From Gammaproteobacteria bacterium (GTDB lineage: Bacteria > Pseudomonadota > Gammaproteobacteria > Thiotrichales > Thiotrichaceae), in assembly GCA_018822845.1 (NCBI GenBank), contig JAHJJD010000018.1, positions 16,607 through 80,606 on the forward strand: 64,000 nt of DNA, written 5' to 3'. Numbering within the stretch: the stretch's first letter is position 1; the number at the start of each line of letters is the position of its first letter. Of the stretch, positions 54,870-64,000 are shown piece by piece. The translations under genes and the position numbers were made by a program. The notes beneath the pieces are model-generated. The model saw nothing but the letters and a program-made list of their open reading frames with translations, ran no database searches and was not told the origin of the DNA.

Positions 54870-57194
54870 TTACCCCGCCTTCACTATCTGGATAGAACCG
54901 AATGCCGCGCCCAGCACACTGGATACCTCGATACCGGACTGCAAGCCTGCGCAACCTGCCGGGATGCCTGCATCCACTTGTGCAGGCAGCGTGATGGAAA
55001 CACCGTTTTGCGTTACCTTGACGCTATCGCCTGCCGTGACGCCCAACTTGTCCGCATCTGCCGGATTCAGGCTGACTGCCGCTTCCGGCATCATTGCCTG
55101 CAAGGCTTTGGCGCGGCGCACCAACGGGTCAACCCGGTACATTTCCACATCGCCGATGCGCTGGAATTCATCGGAAGAGGGCGTATGCAATACGCCCCTA
55201 CCATCCCCCGTAGGGGCGTATTGCATACGCCCCTCTGCGGAATAGGCATTGTTGCAGACTTCAGCGCCATGCAGTTCCAGCTTGAGTTCGGCGGCAATTT
55301 CTTCGGTCGTTACCCAGTCAAACTCAGGCACACCGGCATTATTGCCCAGTACACGCAAAATTTTCCAGGTCGGACGCGCATCACCCAATGGCTCGGCCGC
55401 ACCCTTGAAATGCTGCCAATGGCCTGTGGCATTGACGAACGTGCCAGACGTTTCAGCAAATGTGGTTCCCGGCAGCAGCACGGTGGCGTACTTGCGGGTT
55501 GTGTCATCGGCAAACGGCGCAATCACGATCACGTTGTCCGCAGCAAAAAATGCCTGCATCGCCTGTTGCGGATTGGCGAAATCACCCAGTTCCGCGTTCA
55601 GCAGCACGAAGGTGCGGGTATTATCGTGCAGCACTTCAGCGACCGGCACACCCGCCTGCTTAAGTTCGCGGCCTGCGGACAGGCGGTGTGGAACGACACC
55701 AGCAATCCATGCCCCGACGCTGTTGGCGCTTTCCGCCAGATAACCGAATTTCGCACCGGTCTGTTTGGCAATCTCGCTAGCCAAGGCACGCAGGGCGGCA
55801 AAATCAGGATGCTGGTTTGCCACATTGCCCAGCAGTACCACGGCATTTTCAGCGTCTTTCAACGCCCGCATGGTGGGGTTGCTGGCGTCACTGGCAATCG
55901 CAGCAAGGGTTTGCAGCATATCTGCCGGAGCGACTGCCTGCTGGTCTACGTCGTAGTTGAAGTCGAAAGCGCGTGGATTCAGCGCCATCACTTTCGCACC
56001 TTTCAACGCCGCCTTGCGGATGCGATGGTTCAGCAGCGGCTGTTCCTGACGCACGTTGGAACCAATCAGGAATACGGCGTTCTGTTGTTCCAGGTCGGCG
56101 ATTTCCATACCCAGATACGGGCACACTGGCGCGGCGTTCTGGTCACTGAAATCGGCCTGGCGCAGACGGTGGTCAATATTACGGATATTGAGGCCGCGCA
56201 TCAGCCGCTGGAACAGGTAGAGTTCTTCCAACGTGGAATTGGCGCTTGCCAATGCCGCCGTTTGCGTGGCATCAGCCGTGTTCAGGATGGCGGCAGTCGC
56301 TTCCAGCGCCTGTTGCCAGCTCACTTCCTGCCATTGGCCATTACGCTTGAGCATCGGCCTGGTGATGCGGTCAGCGCTGTTGATGCCTTGGTAGCTGAAA
56401 CGGTCGCGGTCGGAAATCCAGCACTCGTTGACAGCTTCGTTGTCACGCGGCACGGCACGCACCACTTCCTTGCGGAAGGTATGAATACTGATGTTGGAGC
56501 CGACGCAATCATGCGGGGCAATTGAATCGTGCGCCACCATTTCCCACGCCCGTGCTGTGTAGCGAGATGGTTTCGCGGTCAACGCACCCACAGGGCAAAT
56601 GTCAATTACGTTGCCAGAGAGTTCAGATTTAAGCGATTTCTCGATGTACGTGCCGATTTCAAGGCGGTCGCCACGCCCTACTCCACCCATTTCACGCATC
56701 CCGGCAATTTCGTCGCCGAAGCGCACACAGCGGGTGCACTGGATGCAGCGGGTCATTTCGGTTTCAATCAGCGGGCCGATGTCCTTGTCTTTCACCACCC
56801 GCTTGATTTCGGCGTATTGGGATTTGCTGCTACCGTAAGCAACGGATACGTCCTGCAATTCACACTCACCACCCTGGTCGCAGATTGGGCAGTCCAGCGG
56901 ATGATTGATCAGCAGGAATTCCATGATGCCTTTCTGTGCATCCTTGGCTTTCTGCGAGCGTGTCCAGAATTTCATCCCTGCGTTGACGGGTGTGGCGCAA
57001 GCTGGAACAGGCTTCCAGGACTTTTCCATTTCCACCAGACACATGCGGCAGTTGGCGGCGATCGACAGTTTCTTGTGGTAACAGAAACGCGGGATGCTTA
57101 TCCCGTTGTCATCAGCCACTTCAATCAGCATCGCGCCCTTGCGTGCCTGCACTGGCTGGTCGTTAATCTCGATTGTGACGAATTCTTCTGCCAT
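54870..57194 (-). CDS. nuoG: NADH-quinone oxidoreductase subunit G (carries an in-frame REPIN insertion)
   Basis: N1b, N5 and N4 cysteine motifs (RFCYH...CRMC, HPLDCPICDQGGEC, CIQCTRC, CPVGAL). Confidence 0.97.
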   Translation of the reverse strand: MAEEFVTIEINDQPVQARKGAMLIEVADDNGISIPRFCYHKKLSIAANCRMCLVEMEKSWKPVPACATPVNAGMKFWTRSQKAKDAQKGIMEFLLINHPLDCPICDQGGECELQDVSVAYGSSKSQYAEIKRVVKDKDIGPLIETEMTRCIQCTRCVRFGDEIAGMREMGGVGRGDRLEIGTYIEKSLKSELSGNVIDICPVGALTAKPSRYTARAWEMVAHDSIAPHDCVGSNISIHTFRKEVVRAVPRDNEAVNECWISDRDRFSYQGINSADRITRPMLKRNGQWQEVSWQQALEATAAILNTADATQTAALASANSTLEELYLFQRLMRGLNIRNIDHRLRQADFSDQNAAPVCPYLGMEIADLEQQNAVFLIGSNVRQEQPLLNHRIRKAALKGAKVMALNPRAFDFNYDVDQQAVAPADMLQTLAAIASDASNPTMRALKDAENAVVLLGNVANQHPDFAALRALASEIAKQTGAKFGYLAESANSVGAWIAGVVPHRLSAGRELKQAGVPVAEVLHDNTRTFVLLNAELGDFANPQQAMQAFFAADNVIVIAPFADDTTRKYATVLLPGTTFAETSGTFVNATGHWQHFKGAAEPLGDARPTWKILRVLGNNAGVPEFDWVTTEEIAAELKLELHGAEVCNNAYSAEGRMQYAPTGDGRGVLHTPSSDEFQRIGDVEMYRVDPLVRRAKALQAMMPEAAVSLNPADADKLGVTAGDSVKVTQNGVSITLPAQVDAGIPAGCAGLQSGIEVSSVLGAAFGSIQIVKAG
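55176..55236. repeat. REPIN: inverted doublet of GTAG-tagged REPs (GTAGGGGCGTATTGCATACGCCCC) inside nuoG
   Basis: 26/27-nt arms around an 8-nt spacer. Each arm is itself palindromic and starts with GTAG. Read as EGRMQYAPTGDGRGVLHTPS in NuoG. Confidence 0.85.
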
Positions 57195-57197
57195 GGT

Positions 57198-58478
57198 TTA
57201 CCCCTTCGCCACCATACTACGCCCGTGCTTGACGTAGTATTCAAATTCTTCGCGGAAATGCTTGACGAAACTCCACACCGGCATCGCCGCCGCTTCACCG
57301 AGTGCGCAGATCGAGCGCCCTTCGATATTGTGGGAAATCTCTTCCAGCCGCGTGACATCTTCCATCTTGCCCTTGCCTTCCACAATGCGGGTCAGCATCC
57401 GGTACAACCAGCCAGTGCCTTCACGGCATGGCGTGCACTGCCCGCAGGATTCGGAGAAGTAGAAGCGCGAAATGCGTTGCAGCACCTTCACCATGTCGGT
57501 GGTGTCATCCATCACGATCACCGCACCGGAACCGAGGTAGGAACCTGCCTTGGCGATGGTGTCGTAATCCATGGTCAGCCCCATCATCACGTCGCCGGGT
57601 AGTACCGGTACGGAAGAACCACCGGGGATAACGGCTTTCAGTTTGCGTCCGTTACGCACACCGCCTGCCAATGCCAGCAATTCAGGAAACGGCATTCCCA
57701 TCGGGATCTCGAAGTTGCCCGGATTGTTCAGATGGCCGGACATGGAAAACAGCTTTTCACCACCGGAATTCTTCACGCCCAAATCGGCAAACCACTTGCC
57801 GCCGTTGCGCAGAATGACCGGAATGGAAGACAGCGTTTCGGTATTGTTGATGGTAGTCGGGCGACCATACAGGCCGAAGCTGGCCGGGAATGGCGGCTTG
57901 AAACGTGGCTGGCCTTTTTTGCCTTCCAGCGATTCCAGCAACGCGGTTTCTTCGCCGCACACATACGCACCAGCACCCAGCGTGCCGTACAGGTCGAAAT
58001 CAACCCCGGAACCCTGAATGTTCTTGCCCAGCAAGCCCATCTCGTAGGCTTCTTTCACCGCCTGCTCGAAACGGATGAAAGGCTCATCCATGAACTCACC
58101 ACGCATGTAGTTGTAGCCAACCGTTGCGCCGATGCTGTACCCGGCAATCGCCATGCCTTCCACCAGTGCGTGCGGGTTGAAGCGCAGGATGTCGCGGTCT
58201 TTACAGGTACCCGGTTCCGATTCGTCCGAATTGCAGACAATGTATTTCTGCCCCGGCATGTTGCGTGGCATGAAGCTCCACTTCATGCCGGTGGGGAAAC
58301 CCGCACCGCCACGGCCACGCAAGCCGGAATCCTTGATTTCTTCAATCACATTTTCGGCGGGCGTCTTTTCAGCCAGAATCTTTTTCCACGACTGATAACC
58401 GCCGACCTTGAGATAGCTTTCCAGCGTGTGTGACTGGTCGCCGAATTGTTTGGTGATGAAACAGACCTGATTTGCCAT
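57198..58478 (-). CDS. nuoF: NADH-quinone oxidoreductase subunit F
   Basis: [36 protein letters not shown] and [12 protein letters not shown]. Confidence 0.97.
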   Translation of the reverse strand: MANQVCFITKQFGDQSHTLESYLKVGGYQSWKKILAEKTPAENVIEEIKDSGLRGRGGAGFPTGMKWSFMPRNMPGQKYIVCNSDESEPGTCKDRDILRFNPHALVEGMAIAGYSIGATVGYNYMRGEFMDEPFIRFEQAVKEAYEMGLLGKNIQGSGVDFDLYGTLGAGAYVCGEETALLESLEGKKGQPRFKPPFPASFGLYGRPTTINNTETLSSIPVILRNGGKWFADLGVKNSGGEKLFSMSGHLNNPGNFEIPMGMPFPELLALAGGVRNGRKLKAVIPGGSSVPVLPGDVMMGLTMDYDTIAKAGSYLGSGAVIVMDDTTDMVKVLQRISRFYFSESCGQCTPCREGTGWLYRMLTRIVEGKGKMEDVTRLEEISHNIEGRSICALGEAAAMPVWSFVKHFREEFEYYVKHGRSMVAKG

Positions 58479-58482
58479 GTGC

Positions 58483-58989
58483 TTACTCCAGTCCGTCCAG
58501 AATCTCATCCACTTTTTCCGGGGTGAGATGGGTGTGGTACACGTGGTTGACCTGCATCATTGGCGCGCTGCTGCATGCAGCCAGACACTCCTCTTCCACC
58601 TTGAGGAAGAACTTGCCATCCGCAGTGGACTCGCCCAGCTTGATACCAAGTTTGTTTTCAACATGGCTGAGGATTTGGTCGGAACCGCACAACATGCAGG
58701 AAACATTGGTGCAGACGGAAATGCTGTATTTCGCTGCCGCTTTCTGGTCGAGCTCGTACATGGAGTAGAAACTGGCGACTTCGTACACGGCGATTTCCGG
58801 CAGGCCGAGGTAGTCGGCAACTGCATCCATTTTTTCGCGTGACAGGTAATGGTCTTCATGCATGACGGCACGTAAGGCGGCCAGCAACGCAGACTGCTTT
58901 TTGTCATCAGGATAGCGCTTGAGCCAGCTATCGATTTCCTCACGCTCGTGATGGCTGAGCAGGGCGCTTTTGCGTTTGAGTTCAGTCAT
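58483..58989 (-). CDS. nuoE: NADH-quinone oxidoreductase subunit E
   Basis: [18 protein letters not shown] and [10 protein letters not shown] 2Fe-2S ligands. Confidence 0.96.
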   Translation of the reverse strand: MTELKRKSALLSHHEREEIDSWLKRYPDDKKQSALLAALRAVMHEDHYLSREKMDAVADYLGLPEIAVYEVASFYSMYELDQKAAAKYSISVCTNVSCMLCGSDQILSHVENKLGIKLGESTADGKFFLKVEEECLAACSSAPMMQVNHVYHTHLTPEKVDEILDGLE

Positions 58990-60242
58990 CAGCGGTCAAC
59001 CTCCCCGAATACGATGTCTTGTGTGCCGATAATGGCTACCGCATCCGCCAGCATATGGCCTTTGGACATTTCATCCATGCCGGACAGGTGCGCAAAACCG
59101 GGAGCACGGATTTTCAGGCGGTATGGCTTGTTGGCTCCGTCGGACACGATGTAGCAGCCAAATTCGCCTTTCGGATGTTCGACCGCTGCATAGGCTTCGC
59201 CCTCTGGCAAACAGTAGCCTTCAGTCATCAGTTTGAAATGCTGGATCAGCGCTTCCATATCCTGCTTCATATCGGCGCGTTTGGGTGGTGCAATCTTGCT
59301 GTCTTCCAGCATGACCGGCCCTGGATTGACCCGCAGCCAGTCGATGCATTGGCGGATGATCCGGTTGGACTGGCGCATTTCTTCGATCCGCACCAGATAA
59401 CGATCGTAGCTGTCGCCCTGTACGCCAACTGGAATGTCGAAATCCATCTTGTCATAGGCAGCATACGGCTGTTTCTTGCGCAAATCCCACTCAACCCCAG
59501 AACCACGCAGCATCGGACCAGTGAAACCCATTTGCAGGGCACGCTCCGGTGATACCACACCGATACCAACCAGACGCTGCTTCCAGATACGGTTGTCGGT
59601 CAGCAGGGTTTCGTATTCATCCACATGACCGGGGAAACGGTTGGTGAAGTCTTCCAGAAAGTCCAGTAGTGAGCCGTCGCGGTTGGCGTTGAGGCGCTTG
59701 GCCTCAGCTTCGGAACGGAAACGGGTCGCTTCAAATTGCGGCATGGAATCCGGCAGGTCACGGTAGACGCCACCCGGACGATAATAGGTTGCGTGCAAAC
59801 GTGCGCCTGAGACGGCTTCATATGCATCCATCAGGTCTTCGCGCTCACGGAAGGCATACAGGAACATGGTCATTGCACCCACATCCAACCCATGCGCACC
59901 GATCCACAACAAGTGATTGAGAATACGGGTAACTTCGTCGAACATGGTACGGATGTAGAGGGCGCGTTCCGGGGCGGTAATCCCCAGCAGTTTTTCGATC
60001 GCCAGCACGTAGCCATGTTCATTGCACATCATCGACACGTAGTCGAGACGATCCATGTAACCGATGCTTTGGTTGTACGGTTTGCTTTCCGCCAGTTTCT
60101 CGGTACCACGGTGCAGCAGGCCAATATGCGGGTCGGCGCGGACGATGGTTTCACCGTCCATTTCCAGCACCAGACGCAACACACCGTGCGCAGCCGGGTG
60201 AGCCGGACCAAAGTTCAGCGTAAAGTTGCGAATTTCAGGCAT
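58989..60242 (-). CDS. nuoD: NADH-quinone oxidoreductase subunit D
   Basis: [29 protein letters not shown] and DIVFGEVDR. Confidence 0.97.
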   Translation of the reverse strand: MPEIRNFTLNFGPAHPAAHGVLRLVLEMDGETIVRADPHIGLLHRGTEKLAESKPYNQSIGYMDRLDYVSMMCNEHGYVLAIEKLLGITAPERALYIRTMFDEVTRILNHLLWIGAHGLDVGAMTMFLYAFREREDLMDAYEAVSGARLHATYYRPGGVYRDLPDSMPQFEATRFRSEAEAKRLNANRDGSLLDFLEDFTNRFPGHVDEYETLLTDNRIWKQRLVGIGVVSPERALQMGFTGPMLRGSGVEWDLRKKQPYAAYDKMDFDIPVGVQGDSYDRYLVRIEEMRQSNRIIRQCIDWLRVNPGPVMLEDSKIAPPKRADMKQDMEALIQHFKLMTEGYCLPEGEAYAAVEHPKGEFGCYIVSDGANKPYRLKIRAPGFAHLSGMDEMSKGHMLADAVAIIGTQDIVFGEVDR

Positions 60243-60955
60243 TAGTCATCACGCTCCTCTGCCGGGGAGAATCGTTTGTCGGCACGGATGGTGCGCGGCA
60301 CCAACACTCGCGGCTCGATGGATACAGGCTCATAGATCACCCGCTTCTGCTCAGCGTCGTAGCGCATTTCCACTTGCCCGATCAGCGGGAAGTCCTTGCG
60401 GAACGGATGCCCGACGAAACCGTAGTCGGTCAGAATGCGGCGCAAGTCAGGGTGGCCACTGAACATGATGCCGAACAGGTCGAAAGCTTCACGCTCGTAC
60501 CAATTGGCGGAACTCCAGATGTCAACCAGGGATGGCACAACAGGAAAATCATTGTCTTCACACCAGGTACGCACACGAATACGCATATTGCGGCTAACCG
60601 ACAGCAGGTGGATCACAACGGCGAAACGCTTGCCCCTTGCTTCCGGCTGTTCTTCCTGTCCGGCAAAGTCAAACGGATCGGCATCATCAACCTGTACTGC
60701 GCGGCTGAAGCCGCTACGGGTAGCTGTGGTGACATCCCATTCCGCATCACCAAAGGTGAGATAATCGACCCCGCACAGATCAATCAACTGGGTGCAATCA
60801 AGCATTTTGTTGTGGCGCAGAAAACGGGCAACTTCCAGCCACTGATCGACAGGTACTTCCAGCGTCAACTCGTTCAATGCAAGTTTGGTTGCTGACAGTT
60901 TGTCGCCCAGCCCTTCCTGTAGGTAATCCCGGATGAATTCGAGTGATACAGTCAT
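60242..60955 (-). CDS. nuoC: NADH-quinone oxidoreductase subunit C
   Basis: [23 protein letters not shown] and HPFRKDFPL. Confidence 0.97.
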   Translation of the reverse strand: MTVSLEFIRDYLQEGLGDKLSATKLALNELTLEVPVDQWLEVARFLRHNKMLDCTQLIDLCGVDYLTFGDAEWDVTTATRSGFSRAVQVDDADPFDFAGQEEQPEARGKRFAVVIHLLSVSRNMRIRVRTWCEDNDFPVVPSLVDIWSSANWYEREAFDLFGIMFSGHPDLRRILTDYGFVGHPFRKDFPLIGQVEMRYDAEQKRVIYEPVSIEPRVLVPRTIRADKRFSPAEERDD

Positions 60956-60958
60956 GAA

Positions 60959-61435
60959 TTATCGCGCTATGGTGTTGGTTCGACGGATTTTGTTCTGCAA
61001 CTGGATGATCCCATACAGCAGGGCTTCAGCAGTTGGTGGACACCCCGGCACATAAATGTCGACCGGAATGATGCGGTCGCAACCGCGCACCACTGCATAG
61101 GAATAATGGTAATAACCGCCCCCATTGGCGCAGGAACCCATCGAAATCACCCAGCGAGGCTCTGCCATCTGGTCATACACCTTGCGCAGAGCCGGAGCCA
61201 TTTTGTTGGTCAGCGTACCCGCCACAATCATGACGTCAGACTGGCGCGGACTTGGGCGAAACACGATACCAAAGCGGTCAAGGTCGTAGCGGGCAGCACC
61301 TGCATGCATCATTTCCACTGCGCAACAGGCCAGACCGAAAGTCATCGGCCACAGTGAGCCAGTACGCGCCCAGTTGATCAGCTTATCGGCAGTTGTGGTA
61401 ACAAAGCCTTTTTCCAAAACGCCTTCTACTCCCAT
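60959..61435 (-). CDS. nuoB: NADH-quinone oxidoreductase subunit B
   Basis: [17 protein letters not shown] and VPGCPPT. Confidence 0.97.
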   Translation of the reverse strand: MGVEGVLEKGFVTTTADKLINWARTGSLWPMTFGLACCAVEMMHAGAARYDLDRFGIVFRPSPRQSDVMIVAGTLTNKMAPALRKVYDQMAEPRWVISMGSCANGGGYYHYSYAVVRGCDRIIPVDIYVPGCPPTAEALLYGIIQLQNKIRRTNTIAR

Positions 61436-61782
61436 TCCAACGCCCCTTTTTTCCACTCGTAGATAAAACCGACAATCAGGATAGTCAGGAAAACGCCCAT
61501 GGCGACGATGCCAAACACACCAATCGTGTCGAGCACGACAGCCCAGGGAAACAGAAAAGCAATTTCGAGATCGAAGATGATGAAAAGAATCGCAACCAGA
61601 TAGTAACGCACATCGAATTTGATGCGTGAATCTTCAAACGCGGGAAAGCCGCACTCAAACGGCGAGTCTTTCTCGGCATCTGGTCGGCGCGGGCCTGCCA
61701 GCAAACCCAACCCCAGCAACACTATTGCCAAAGCAAAGCCAACTGCCAGAAACACGAGAACAGGAAGGTATTCTCCTAGCAT
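61426..61782 (-). CDS. nuoA: NADH-quinone oxidoreductase subunit A
   Basis: [23 protein letters not shown] and EWKKGALEW. Confidence 0.97.
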   Translation of the reverse strand: MLGEYLPVLVFLAVGFALAIVLLGLGLLAGPRRPDAEKDSPFECGFPAFEDSRIKFDVRYYLVAILFIIFDLEIAFLFPWAVVLDTIGVFGIVAMGVFLTILIVGFIYEWKKGALEWE

Positions 61783-61967
61783 AGTAACTCCTGGTGCAAA
61801 CCGTTAGTGCCTCTCTCTCACTTCCGGTTATCTATCGTAATGATCACAAACCCACACAGTTTGTGTCATTGTTCGTTCTCACCTGAATATAACGGTGCAT
61901 CAACGACAGATTAACTCCCCAAAGTGGGTATTGTCAGCGTTTTACCAAAAATTAGCCAGAAAAACAA

Positions 61968-61996
61968 AAGGCCCGTTGCATCATGCAACGGGCCTT
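61968..61996 (-). terminator. Intrinsic terminator after tRNA-Leu
   Basis: Perfect 13-bp stem AAGGCCCGTTGCA/TGCAACGGGCCTT followed on the minus strand by TTGTTTTT. Confidence 0.85.
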
Positions 61997-62003
61997 ACGT
62001 ATA

Positions 62004-62088
62004 TGGTACCGACGACCGGACTCGAACCGGTACAGCTTTCGCCACTACCCCCTCAAGATAGCGTGTCTACCAATTCCACCACGTCGGC
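62004..62088 (-). tRNA. tRNA-Leu (GAG)
   Basis: 85-nt class II cloverleaf GCCGACGTGGTGGAATTGGTAGAC...CTTGAGGG...GTTCGAGTCC...ACCA; downstream of secG. Confidence 0.97.
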
Positions 62089-62112
62089 AAAGCAGGCGGG
62101 CATCTTACTCCA

Positions 62113-62607
62113 CTATTTGTTTTCTTGCACGGTTTTTTCGTCACTTGCAGGCTTGTCTTCGCCAGCAGGAGCTGCTTTTTCCTCGGAAGCAGGCGCTGGT
62201 GGAACATCAGACGCGCCATCCGTACCAGCCGGAGCAGGAGGCACATCAGACTTGACCGCATCGCTACCCGGTACTGGCGGAACATCGCCAACCGGCGCTG
62301 CCGGGGCTGTTTCTGCCTGGCTTTCAGTCTGAACCGCAGAGCCACCCATGATACTACCTACATCATTAATGGTGCGGCCTGACGCCAAAAACGCCAGCGC
62401 AATCGAGTTCAGGAAAAATACCGTCGCCAGAATCGCCGTAGTGCGGCTCAGAAAATTGGCAGAGCCACGCGAGCCAAAGACTGTGCCTGAGGCACCACTA
62501 CCAAAAGCCGCGCCTGCATCAGCGCCCTTGCCCTGTTGCATCAGCACCAACACAATGATGCCGACGGAAATGACGATCTGGATAATCAGTAAAACATTAT
62601 ACAACAT
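62113..62607 (-). CDS. secG: Preprotein translocase subunit SecG with a long acidic Pro/Ala tail
   Basis: LVLMQQGKGADAGAAFGSG and NFLSRTTAILA. Confidence 0.96.
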   Translation of the reverse strand: MLYNVLLIIQIVISVGIIVLVLMQQGKGADAGAAFGSGASGTVFGSRGSANFLSRTTAILATVFFLNSIALAFLASGRTINDVGSIMGGSAVQTESQAETAPAAPVGDVPPVPGSDAVKSDVPPAPAGTDGASDVPPAPASEEKAAPAGEDKPASDEKTVQENK

Positions 62608-62617
62608 AGAGTTTTAA

Positions 62618-63376
62618 TTAACCTTGATTACCGGCTTTGCAAATGGCCAGGAATTCCTGTGCATCCAGTGATGCACCACCAATCAAGCCACCGTCAATAT
62701 CCGGCATAGCGAACAATTCAGCGGCATTCGCGCCTTTTACGCTGCCACCATACAAAATTTGCACTTTTGCCGCGACTGTTTCATTCAGCCCGGCAAGCTT
62801 GCCACGAATAAATGCATGCACATCCTGCGCCTGTTGCGGAGATGCAGTCTTGCCAGTTCCGATAGCCCAGACAGGCTCGTAGGCAATCACACCATCCAGC
62901 AAAGCTTCCACACCTTCCAGCGCAATCACTGCATCCAGTTGGCGCGCAACCACCTGCTCGGTAACGCCACCTTCACGCTCTTCCAGCGTTTCGCCGACAC
63001 ACAGGATCGGCTTCAAACCGTGTTTGCGAGCGGCGGCAAACTTGCGGGCAGTGTCCTCATCCTTTTCACCGTACAACGCACGGCGCTCGGAGTGGCCGAC
63101 AATGGCATATTCACAGCCGAATTCGTTCAGCATCGGGCCGGAAACTTCGCCGGTAAATGCGCCTGAATCCTGATCCGCGATGTCCTGGGAGCCCAGGCCG
63201 ACCTGGCTGCCCGCCAGCAGACCCTGCGTCAAGGGAATGTAAACATAAGGTGCGCAGACAGCCACACCAACGTTATCAATACCATCCAGACCAGCCAGAA
63301 TACCACTGACCAATGTCTCGATACTTGCTCTGGAACCATTGAGTTTCCAGTTACCTGCCACCAGTTTTTGACGCAT
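62618..63376 (-). CDS. tpiA: Triosephosphate isomerase
   Basis: [28 protein letters not shown] and VGGASL-type motif (IGGASL). Confidence 0.98.
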   Translation of the reverse strand: MRQKLVAGNWKLNGSRASIETLVSGILAGLDGIDNVGVAVCAPYVYIPLTQGLLAGSQVGLGSQDIADQDSGAFTGEVSGPMLNEFGCEYAIVGHSERRALYGEKDEDTARKFAAARKHGLKPILCVGETLEEREGGVTEQVVARQLDAVIALEGVEALLDGVIAYEPVWAIGTGKTASPQQAQDVHAFIRGKLAGLNETVAAKVQILYGGSVKGANAAELFAMPDIDGGLIGGASLDAQEFLAICKAGNQG

Positions 63377-63452
63377 GATTTCACCTCTCCTCTAAGCAAG
63401 GGCGAAAGATTACCTGCATAAGCCCCGGAAATCAATCACCCAGCCGGACAGG

Positions 63453-64000
63453 TCAGGCTGCAGCACGCACTGCACTGGCTATATCTTCGGCCAGTTGCGC
63501 AGTCTCTGCCATATCCTCACCTTCCACCATGACGCGGATCAGCGGCTCGGTGCCTGAAGCACGCAACAGCACCCGGCCACGATTACCGAGTTGCTGCTCA
63601 ACCTGCCGAACGACATCCTGAATACCAGCCACCTCATCCAGATTAATTTTTTGCCGGGTCGGCACATTGATCAGGGTCTGCGGGTATTTGGTCATGACGG
63701 ATTTCAGATCATTCAGTGACCTGCCGGAAGTGCGCATGGCCTTCAGTACCTGCAAGGCAGCGATGATGCCATCACCCGTCGTAATGTGATCACGCACGAT
63801 AATATGCCCGGAAGACTCCCCGCCGAGAATACAGCCATGCTGGTTCATTTGCTCAAGCACGTAACGGTCGCCGACCTTGGCACGGTAAAATGGCACATCC
63901 AGTGATTGAATGCACTTTTCCAGACCGAGGTTACTCATCAGCGTACCAACCACACCACCATGCAGGCTTCCTTCCCAGTGACGATAATGGGCAATGATTG
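63453..64000 (-). CDS. glmM: Phosphoglucosamine mutase (3' part; gene starts beyond the window)
   Basis: VVGTLMSNLGLE, KVGDRYV, GGESSGH, TTGDGI and RASGTEPLIRVMVE; frame stays open to the window edge. Confidence 0.95.
   Translation of the reverse strand, partial: IIAHYRHWEGSLHGGVVGTLMSNLGLEKCIQSLDVPFYRAKVGDRYVLEQMNQHGCILGGESSGHIIVRDHITTGDGIIAALQVLKAMRTSGRSLNDLKSVMTKYPQTLINVPTRQKINLDEVAGIQDVVRQVEQQLGNRGRVLLRASGTEPLIRVMVEGEDMAETAQLAEDIASAVRAAA

Noticed and set aside
46961-62003. nuoA-N operon lying between tRNA-Leu and tRNA-fMet/rimP
   Set aside because: Differs from E. coli but is a known arrangement in other Gamma- and Betaproteobacteria; not novel.
1-64000. CRISPR arrays, rRNA, IS transposases, integrases and prophage genes
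   Set aside because: I saw no regularly spaced direct repeats, rRNA-like sequence or recognisable transposase, integrase or phage ORFs.

Overview
A 64-kb chromosomal window from a gammaproteobacterium. Gene content and protein style suggest a Thiothrix-like filamentous sulfur oxidiser; this is inference, not a database match. Most of it is housekeeping: monomeric icd (partial) divergent from aceK, cysZ, tsaB-yoaA, mrcB with a TPR lipoprotein, kdsD-kdsC-lptCAB-rpoN-hpf-ptsN-rapZ-mgtE, mltB, purL, and glmM(partial)-tpiA-secG-tRNA-Leu-nuoA..N-tRNA-fMet-rimP-nusA-infB-rbfA-truB. The most interesting DNA is the accessory stretch at about 33-40.6 kb. (1) A translationally coupled cluster encodes a Tes/GDGT-MAS-like radical SAM enzyme, an atypical Lgt paralogue, small membrane proteins and an unannotated 50-aa lipoprotein-like ORF, which suggests a dedicated lipid or lipoprotein modification system. 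(2) A probable ~130-nt two-hairpin sRNA exposes CUCCUCCUCC anti-Shine-Dalgarno loops. It has its own sigma70 promoter, a terminator, and a perfect LysR box at about -65, directly behind a GcvA-family regulator. (3) An AAA/PD-(D/E)XK gene is followed by a 37-codon relic of a type I restriction hsdR. Two families of REP-like palindromes have also inserted in frame into three protein genes (nuoG, a VWA-peptidase and the radical SAM gene). I saw no CRISPR array, rRNA or transposase.
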